DNA of 64,000 nt. Origin: Candidatus Nitrospinota bacterium M3_3B_026. Lineage in GTDB: Bacteria; Nitrospinota_A; UBA7883; JBPRGF01. Numbering within the stretch: the stretch's first letter is position 1; the number at the start of each line of letters is the position of its first letter. The position numbers were made by a program, and so were the translations under genes. The stretch covers positions 416,001-480,000 of the forward strand of contig JBPRGF010000033.1 of NCBI GenBank assembly GCA_051418015.1, given 5' to 3'. Below are positions 57,598 to 64,000 of the stretch, piece after piece. Below the pieces are notes generated by a model. It had not been told where the DNA came from and made no database searches. It saw only the letters and a program-made list of their open reading frames with translations.

Positions 57598-58227
57598 ATG
57601 AGCATAAACGAGATACTGGCAAAAGGCGGGCCGGTCATGTGGATACTCGGCGCCTACTCCGTGATCGCCATGGCGATCGTGATAGAGCGCGGCATACACT
57701 TTCTCCTCATGGGCCGGGCGCCGAGGGAGTTGGACGAGGACATCGGGAACGGCCGCCTCAAAGACCGCCTCGCCGAGCTTCGCGGCCCCGAGGCGGCGGT
57801 CGCGGCGGCGATGATGGAGGCGATGCGGCAGGGCGTCCACGACCTTGGCCGCGTGGCCTCCCGCGTGGGGTCGAAGGAGCTGCGGCGGATGGAGCGCGGC
57901 CTTCGCACCCTGGCCTTTCTCGGCGACACCGCGCCGCTTCTGGGTCTGTTCGGGACCATCACGGGCATGATCAAGGCGTTCATGGTCATAGAACAGGCAG
58001 GAGGCAAGGTGGACGCGCAGGCCCTGGCGGGGGGCATATGGGAGGCGATGGTAACAACCGGCGCCGGTCTGGCCGTCTCCATTCCTGTCCTTTTTCTGTC
58101 GCATCTTCTCGAGGGCATGGCCGACAAGCGCGCCCACTCCATGAAACGCGTCGCCTCGATGCTGATCGAGCGCCACGCCGCGGGAGACGCCATGCGCCGC
58201 AGGGAAGGAGTGATGGATGGAGCTTGA
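57598..58227 (+). CDS. exbB: ExbB/TolQ proton channel
   Basis: APLLGLFGTITGMI, LAGGIWEAMVTTGAGL. Confidence 0.9.
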   Translation: MSINEILAKGGPVMWILGAYSVIAMAIVIERGIHFLLMGRAPRELDEDIGNGRLKDRLAELRGPEAAVAAAMMEAMRQGVHDLGRVASRVGSKELRRMERGLRTLAFLGDTAPLLGLFGTITGMIKAFMVIEQAGGKVDAQALAGGIWEAMVTTGAGLAVSIPVLFLSHLLEGMADKRAHSMKRVASMLIERHAAGDAMRRREGVMDGA

Positions 58228-58624
58228 GGGAAGAAGGAAGGCGAGGCGCGCTCCGAACCTCACGCCGCTTATCGACGTCGTGTTCCTCCTGCTCGTGTTC
58301 TTCATGCTGACGGCGCACTTCGTCCGCGAGGAGACGGTGGAGATAGCGCTGCCAGATGCGGAAAGCTCCGCGGCGCGGGATGTGGACGATCCGCTCGAGG
58401 TGATAATAGACCCACAAGGCAGACTGCTTTATGGAGGGAGCGCGGCCGGGCCGCAAGAGCTGGAAAAGATGCTCCGGCGCGCGTTGGGAGCCCGCGGGGA
58501 AAAGGTCGTCACGCTGCGCGGCGATAAGAGAGCAAGCCTCGACGCCACGGTCTCGGCCCTTGACGCGGCCCGCAAAGCCGGCGCGGACTCCGTGGACATC
58601 GTAACGATCAGACAACCTGAATGA
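58217..58624 (+). CDS. exbD: ExbD/TolR
   Basis: NLTPLIDVVFLLLVFFML, LRGDK. Confidence 0.92.
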   Translation: MELEGRRKARRAPNLTPLIDVVFLLLVFFMLTAHFVREETVEIALPDAESSAARDVDDPLEVIIDPQGRLLYGGSAAGPQELEKMLRRALGARGEKVVTLRGDKRASLDATVSALDAARKAGADSVDIVTIRQPE

Positions 58625-59313
58625 GCCGGGGGACAATACTTTTCGCCGCCGCTGTCTTCTCCCTCACGTTTCACGCGGGGGCGTTGTGGCTTCTCGACGG
58701 CAGGGAGATCAGGGTCCATTCCACGCCTGAACGGGAAGCGGCGCGGGTCACGCGAATAGATTTCAGAAAGCATAAACCGCCCCCCCCTGAAAAGGTCGTG
58801 GAAAAAAAACCCGAGCCTCCAAAACCTAAACCGAAGCCAAAGCCGAAACCAAAACCCAGGCCCAAACCAGAGCCTGAGCCTGCGCCGCCTCCGACTCCCG
58901 AGCCGGAGCCCGAGCCCATGGCGGAGCCGAAGCCCCCTCCCGGGCCCGTGACGCAAAGCGACCCTGAGCCGGCGGCGGAGAAGACGCCCGCGCCCGCCCC
59001 CAAGGCCGAGACGGGCGAAGAGGAAAGCGAGCGTTACCTTGCCAGGGCGCTTGGAATAATCGAAAAGAACAAATACTACCCCCGCGCCGCAAGGAGGCGG
59101 GGCATGGAGGGGGTTGTCAGAGTCTCCTTCATCGTGCTTCCGAAGGGAGACATCGAGGGCCTGAAAATCCGCGGCGGCCACGGCATATTGAGAAAGGCGG
59201 CGGAGGAAGCGGTCATGAGGTCGCTGCCGCTGCCCGCGCCTCCCGCTGCTGCGGCCCGTCCGTTCAGGATGGATTTCGCGATGGAGTTCTCGCTCAGGCA
59301 GGGGTGGCGATGA
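58621..59313 (+). CDS. tonB: Energy transducer TonB
   Basis: N-terminal TM with S..H, KP/EP-repeat linker, YPRAARRRGMEGVVRVSF. Confidence 0.92.
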   Translation: MSRGTILFAAAVFSLTFHAGALWLLDGREIRVHSTPEREAARVTRIDFRKHKPPPPEKVVEKKPEPPKPKPKPKPKPKPRPKPEPEPAPPPTPEPEPEPMAEPKPPPGPVTQSDPEPAAEKTPAPAPKAETGEEESERYLARALGIIEKNKYYPRAARRRGMEGVVRVSFIVLPKGDIEGLKIRGGHGILRKAAEEAVMRSLPLPAPPAAAARPFRMDFAMEFSLRQGWR

Positions 59314-59409
59314 CATCACCTTTTCCGCGATGTCATGCCGCGGCGCGAAGCATCCCGTATCGGATACAGAGACGGTTCGGGATAATCGAAAACGGCCTTT
59401 TAATGCCTG

Positions 59410-60372
59410 CTATACGGCTATGGCGTATTTCTTCATGCGGTATAACAAGGTATCGCGGGAGAGCCCCAGGAGGCGCGCCGCCCTGGACCTGTTCCCGCGT
59501 GACTTGCTCAACGCCTGGCGGATCAACTGAACCTCCAGATCCTCAAGCCCCATGCCGGCCTCGAGTATTCCGAACAGCTCCTCCACAACCGACCTTCTGT
59601 CGTGGCCGGTGTGAAACTCCGGCGGCAGGTTTTCCGGCTCGATCTCTTGTCCACTGAAGAGCACGACCAACCTCTCGCAGAGGTTGCGGAGCTCGCGCAC
59701 GTTGCCGGGCCAGGGATAGCGCCTGAGAGTTCTCAGGGTTTCCGCGGCGAAGGAAGGCGGGGCAAGACCGTGGTCTTTCGATAGTCTCAGCGTCAGTTCT
59801 TTCAGCAGGACGTCCAGATCCTCCGTCCTCTCCCGCAGCGGCGGAAGCTCCAGGGGAACGACATGGAGCCTGTAGTAAAGATCCTCCCTGAACCTTCCCG
59901 CCTTCACCTCCGCGTAAAGGTCGCGGTTGGTGGCGGATATGACGCGGACGTCGACTTTTCTGTTCGTCAACTCGCCGACCGGCTGGATCTCCCCGGTTTC
60001 TATAAAGCGCAGGAGCTTCGACTGCATGGGTAGGGGCAGCTCCCCCACCTCGTCGAGGAAAAGCGTTCCGCCGTCGGCCGCCTGCGCTCGCCCGGGCTGG
60101 TCGCTCACGGCGCCCGTGAACGCGCCCCTGCGATGGCCGAAAAGCTCGGACTCCGCCAGGGTCTCCGGCAGGGCGGCGCAATTTATGGTTATCAACGGGT
60201 TGCCGGCCCTGCGGCTCTCTCCGTGTATCGCCTTTGCCAGAAGCTCCTTGCCGACCCCGCTCTCGCCGAGGATAAGCACCGTAACGTCCGTCGCCGCGAC
60301 GATCCTTGCGGCGCGGAGAACGGAGACGTATTCCGGCGATTTCCCTATAAGTGTCTTTTCAAAGGCGCTCAT
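59410..60372 (-). CDS. sigma54 enhancer-binding protein lacking an N-terminal sensory domain (AAA+ plus Fis HTH)
   Basis: AAA+ begins at residue ~8; GESGVGKE, intact GAFTGA, FLDEVGE, WPGNVREL, GNRSRAARLLG. Confidence 0.93.
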   Translation of the reverse strand: MSAFEKTLIGKSPEYVSVLRAARIVAATDVTVLILGESGVGKELLAKAIHGESRRAGNPLITINCAALPETLAESELFGHRRGAFTGAVSDQPGRAQAADGGTLFLDEVGELPLPMQSKLLRFIETGEIQPVGELTNRKVDVRVISATNRDLYAEVKAGRFREDLYYRLHVVPLELPPLRERTEDLDVLLKELTLRLSKDHGLAPPSFAAETLRTLRRYPWPGNVRELRNLCERLVVLFSGQEIEPENLPPEFHTGHDRRSVVEELFGILEAGMGLEDLEVQLIRQALSKSRGNRSRAARLLGLSRDTLLYRMKKYAIAV

Positions 60373-60387
60373 ATCAGCAACAGGAAT

Positions 60388-61098
60388 TCATTTACCCCCG
60401 GAGCGAAGCCCGTCCGTCGGGCCTTCGCCAGTATACAACAGGCTCGCCACGCCCATGACGATTATTATCCCCCCCGCGAGCTGCTTTACATACGGAGCGC
60501 GGGAAAACCATGCTACCCAGCCCGTTATAATACCGGCAGCCGTAACCGCGGGCAACGTCCCGATCCCGAAAACAAGCATGAACACGGCGCCGTCCATGGC
60601 GCCTCCCGACGAGGCCGTCAGGATCAGCGCGGTGTAGACCAGCCCGCACGGCAGCCACCCCCAGACCGCCCCGAACAAAAACGCGCTCAACCTCGTTCTG
60701 GCGGGGATGAATCGCCTGCCAATGGGCTCTACCATCCTCCACAGCGGCGCCCCCATCTTCTCCACGAAGGCGTACCGGGAAAACCATCCCGCGATGTACA
60801 ACCCCACCCCGATCATCACCATGGCGGCCAGGAGCCTTAGAACACTATGGCCGTATTTGGGGCTTACGGCGTCGAAGATCGCCTGCCCCAGGGTCCCGAT
60901 AACCGCTCCCGCCAGCATATAGCTTGCGATCCTGCCGGTGTTATAGGAGAGAACATAAGTAAAAATGCTCCAGCGATTGTTCCGCACCTCCTCCGCAAGG
61001 CTCAGGGACAAGGCGCCGCTTATCCCTCCGCACATGGCGATACAATGCAGGGAGCTGGACACGCCCATTATGAGAGCGGCCACTAACGAATAATCCAA
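60388..61098 (-). CDS. DsbD_2/TauE-SafE-like membrane protein with HCxxMCG and PCG motifs
   Basis: SLHCIAMCGGI, YNTGRIASY, GWLPCGLVY, FGIGTLP. Confidence 0.85.
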   Translation of the reverse strand: MDYSLVAALIMGVSSSLHCIAMCGGISGALSLSLAEEVRNNRWSIFTYVLSYNTGRIASYMLAGAVIGTLGQAIFDAVSPKYGHSVLRLLAAMVMIGVGLYIAGWFSRYAFVEKMGAPLWRMVEPIGRRFIPARTRLSAFLFGAVWGWLPCGLVYTALILTASSGGAMDGAVFMLVFGIGTLPAVTAAGIITGWVAWFSRAPYVKQLAGGIIIVMGVASLLYTGEGPTDGLRSGGK

Positions 61099-61200
61099 AA
61101 CACAAATTCTCTCTCAGAGGCAGGACGCGCTCTGATTTTAAACAGGTTATACACAAAGCCCGGGCCCGCGGGCAGTATAGCCGATCGGAAAAACATCGCC

Positions 61201-61326
61201 AAGAAGTTTATCCGGGCCGGCTGGGATCATGCTTTACGAGAGGGAAGCCTGGATCAGGATAAAGGTGACGAGACCCTGATAATTGCCCATAACTTGAGAA
61301 AGACCTTGAAAGGGCTGATTTTATAA
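61201..61326 (+). pseudogene. Possible degenerate C-terminal fragment of an IS1182/IS4-like transposase
   Basis: Start-less frame ...ALREGSLDQDKGDETLIIAHNLRK.. resembles the LRG..KV..E..L...AHNL.K end motif; AT-richer segment. Confidence 0.3.
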
Positions 61327-61497
61327 GTAAAGGTTGAAGCTCACGAAAAAAGGAAATGAAAGCAAGATGGCCAGCGCTGATGATAGAGATCGTGTGAATC
61401 GTCCACTCGCCAAAACCCTGAGCCTGCCAATAAAGCTTCCCGCCGAGTTGGCCGAGGCTGCATCGCCCTTTTGTGGAAGCGAATCTCATTCTTTGCC

Positions 61498-62787
61498 ATG
61501 ACGAAAAAAAATATATTCGTGATAGGTCTGGAGCGGTTCAACCTGGAAAAGCTCAAAACCATCCGGAACGCCGCCGACTACAACTTTCACGGTCTGATGG
61601 ATTACAAGGAAGTGGTCAAACCGCTTGACTACCCCTACGACGCGATGCTTGCCAAGGCCGAGCGGGAGCTGCGGGATTTTCCCGGGCATATCGACGCCAT
61701 CATCAGTCACTGGGATTTCCCCGTGGACACCATGCTCCCCATCCTGTGCGAGAGGTTCGGCCTGCCCGGGCCCTCGCTGGAAAGCGTCCTCAGGCTCGGC
61801 CACAAATACTGGGCCCGGCTGGAGCAGCAGAAATATATTCCCGAACATATTCCCCGCTTCTGCGCGGTCGACCCCTACGCGGACGATCCCCTTAAGCAGA
61901 TTGACCTGGATTTTCCGTTCTGGATCAAGCCCGTCAAGTCGTTCGGCTCCTATCTCGGTTTTCACATCCACAGCGAGGAGGAGTTCCACCGGCGCATCGA
62001 GACTGTCAGGGCCAGCATCCCGCGCATCGGAAACGCCTTCAACACCGCCCTCGGCCATGCCCAACTGCCGCCGGAGGTGGAAGGGATCGGCGGCAACCAT
62101 TTAATCGCCGAGGAGGTCATCACCGGCGACCGGCAGAACGGACCCGAAGGTTACGTCTACAACGGCGAGGTGTTCATACACGGCATCACAGACACGGTCC
62201 GGGACGAGTGGAACCGCAGTTTCATCCGCTACGAGTATCCTTCGGTCTGGCCGGAGCATATGCAAAAAAAGAGCGTCGAGGTCGCCCGGAGGCTGCTCGC
62301 CAACGTGGGGCTGGACAACGCGCCTTTCAACCTGGAGTTCATCTGGGACGAGGACAGCGGCGCCCTCACCCTCATAGAAGTCAACCCCCGCATCTCCCAG
62401 TCGCTGAGCGGCATGTTCGAGATGGCTCATGGCGCGTCAAATCACGAGGTGGCCGTGGAGCTGGCCCTGGGGCGCAAGCCGGACTACCCCAGGCCGGAAG
62501 GCAGGTTCAAATGCGCCGCCAAGTTCATGTGGCGCCGGTACGAGGACGCGCGGGTGGTGAAAACGCCGAACCTCGAACAGATCGAACGGGCGCATAGAGA
62601 GATACCGGGATCCGAAGTTTACATCGAGGTGGAGGAGGGGATGCGCCTTTCGGAGCTGAGGGATCAGGACAGCTACAGCTACGAGATCGCCATCCTGCTG
62701 GTCGGCGCGCAAAACCATGAGCAGCTTTTAGACCATGAGCGCCGCCTGCGCGAGATTCTGAAATTCGAGTTCGCCGAGGTAAAGTAG
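61498..62787 (+). CDS. ATP-grasp domain protein (carboxylate-amine ligase-like)
   Basis: FPFWIKPVKSFGS, IAEEVI, FNLEF, LIEVNPRIS. Confidence 0.85.
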   Translation: MTKKNIFVIGLERFNLEKLKTIRNAADYNFHGLMDYKEVVKPLDYPYDAMLAKAERELRDFPGHIDAIISHWDFPVDTMLPILCERFGLPGPSLESVLRLGHKYWARLEQQKYIPEHIPRFCAVDPYADDPLKQIDLDFPFWIKPVKSFGSYLGFHIHSEEEFHRRIETVRASIPRIGNAFNTALGHAQLPPEVEGIGGNHLIAEEVITGDRQNGPEGYVYNGEVFIHGITDTVRDEWNRSFIRYEYPSVWPEHMQKKSVEVARRLLANVGLDNAPFNLEFIWDEDSGALTLIEVNPRISQSLSGMFEMAHGASNHEVAVELALGRKPDYPRPEGRFKCAAKFMWRRYEDARVVKTPNLEQIERAHREIPGSEVYIEVEEGMRLSELRDQDSYSYEIAILLVGAQNHEQLLDHERRLREILKFEFAEVK

Positions 62788-62792
62788 AAGGT

Positions 62793-64000
62793 ATGAAAGT
62801 CGTCACAGAGTTCCCCCGCCGGGTGAAATGTATCGAGCACACGCTGATCCCCATGAGCGACGGGGCCAGGCTGGCGGCCAGGATATGGCTGCCGGAGGAC
62901 GCGGAGCAAAACCCCGTCCCCGCGATCCTCGAATATATCCCCTACCGCAAACGGGACCTGACCCGGGAGCGCGACGCCTTGACCTATCCCTACCTGGCCG
63001 GGCATGGCTACGCCTGCGTTCGGGTGGATTTGCGCGGCAGCGGCGAGTCCGACGGAGTCCTGGTGGACCAGTACCGCCAGCGGGAGCTGGACGACGGCGC
63101 GGAGGTGATCCGCTGGCTGGCGGAGCAGCCCTGGCTCAACGGGGCCGTCGGCATGATGGGGATATCCTGGGGCGGCTTCAACAGCCTGCAGATCGCCGCG
63201 TTGCGCCCCCCGGAGCTGAAGGCCGTCGTCACCGTCTGCTCGACAGACGACCTCTACCTGGACAACATGCATTACATGGGCGGCTGCCTGCTGACGGACA
63301 ACCTCTCCGAGGCCACCACCATGTTCTCCGTCAACACCTGCCCCCCGGACCCCGCCCTCGTGGGCGAGCGGTGGCGGCAGATGTGGCTCGAGCGCCTTTC
63401 GGGCAGCGGCCTGTGGCTTGAGAAATGGCTCAGCCACCAGCGGCGCGACGATTACTGGAAGCACGGCTCGGTTTCCGAACACTACGGCGCCATCCAATGC
63501 CCGGTGATGGCCGTCGGCGGCTGGACGGACGGCTACACCAACGCCATATTCCGCCTGCTCGAGAATCTCGAGACGCCCCGCCAGGGCCTTATCGGCCCCT
63601 GGGGCCACAAGTACCCCCATCTCGGGATGCCGGGGCCTGCCATCGGCTTTTTGCAGGAGGTTTTGAGGTGGTGGGACCACTGGCTCAAGGGGAAAGAGAC
63701 CGGGATCATGGACGAGCCCATGCTGCGGGCCTGGATGCAGGAGAGCGTCCCGCCGACCACACGCTACACCTTCCGCCCCGGCCGCTGGGTGGGGGAGCGG
63801 ATCTGGCCCTCGCCCCGTATCCGGACGATACGCCGCCCCCTGGCCCCCGGCCGCATAGCGGAGACTGATGAGCCGGGCGAAGACGCGAACGCCGCCCAGA
63901 CCATCCAGTCGCCCTTGAGCGTCGGGCTGTTCGCGGGCAAATGGTGCTCCTACACCTACGCCCCCGACCTGCCCCACGACCAGCGCGAGGAGGACGGCGG
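62793..64000 (+). CDS. CocE/NonD family serine hydrolase (3' end beyond window)
   Basis: ATG 62793; IPMSDGARLAARIWLP, EYIPYRK, VDLRGSGESDG, nucleophile GISWGG, GGWTDGY, IGPWGH; open to window end, not in ORF track. Confidence 0.92.
   Translation, partial: MKVVTEFPRRVKCIEHTLIPMSDGARLAARIWLPEDAEQNPVPAILEYIPYRKRDLTRERDALTYPYLAGHGYACVRVDLRGSGESDGVLVDQYRQRELDDGAEVIRWLAEQPWLNGAVGMMGISWGGFNSLQIAALRPPELKAVVTVCSTDDLYLDNMHYMGGCLLTDNLSEATTMFSVNTCPPDPALVGERWRQMWLERLSGSGLWLEKWLSHQRRDDYWKHGSVSEHYGAIQCPVMAVGGWTDGYTNAIFRLLENLETPRQGLIGPWGHKYPHLGMPGPAIGFLQEVLRWWDHWLKGKETGIMDEPMLRAWMQESVPPTTRYTFRPGRWVGERIWPSPRIRTIRRPLAPGRIAETDEPGEDANAAQTIQSPLSVGLFAGKWCSYTYAPDLPHDQREEDG

Noticed and set aside
58780..58940. Short tandem repeats as CRISPR or VNTR
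   Set aside because: They encode the normal KP/EP linker of TonB
59310..59336. ATGACATC-N11-GATGTCAT inverted repeat after tonB
   Set aside because: Lies between convergent genes, so probably just a 3'-end hairpin; no U-tract to call a terminator
61208..61489. 93-aa minus-strand ORF
   Set aside because: No recognisable motif or convincing SD; atypical composition

Overview
GC-rich diderm bacterial chromosome. Gene order (mfd-PPIase-surA, motA-motB-motB-fliL, sigma54 flagellar promoters) suggests a Nitrospinota/Desulfobacterota-like lineage; this is an inference only. 1-14.5 kb: minus-strand flagellar cluster (motA, two motB, fliLMNOPQR, flhBAFG, small ORF, fliA) with two clear sigma54 promoters and a sigma70 promoter for fliA. 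14.8-44.5 kb: housekeeping genes (glgC, hisDC, Nudix, SDR, cysteine desulfurase plus tRNA thiolase-like protein, two PPIases, mfd, rpsB-tsf-pyrH-frr-uppS-cdsA-dxr with an S2 leader RNA, GT4, sfsA, argJC, rpsI-rplM, FN3 protein, leuS) and an orphan CheW carrying an inserted CZB domain. 44.6-64 kb: accessory region. It holds (i) a candidate metal/copper-sensing arrest-peptide leader ORF (signal peptide, His/Cys cluster, C-terminal PRPP) ahead of an operon for a Met-rich YtkA-like lipoprotein, a Cys-Cys outer-membrane barrel, a CxxC redoxin and a cytochrome c; (ii) a GT2/GT2/flippase/GT-C glycosylation cassette; (iii) a TonB-receptor-PepSY-exbBD-tonB operon with a full sigma54 promoter, IHF site and UAS, facing a sensor-less sigma54 activator that is co-oriented with a Cys-motif membrane protein; (iv) a possible IS remnant and an ATP-grasp plus CocE/NonD pair. 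The strongest novelty candidates are (i), (iii), the Asp-less second MotB and CheW-CZB. No rRNA, tRNA, CRISPR array or intact mobile element was recognised. All family calls come from motif recognition by eye; no searches were run.
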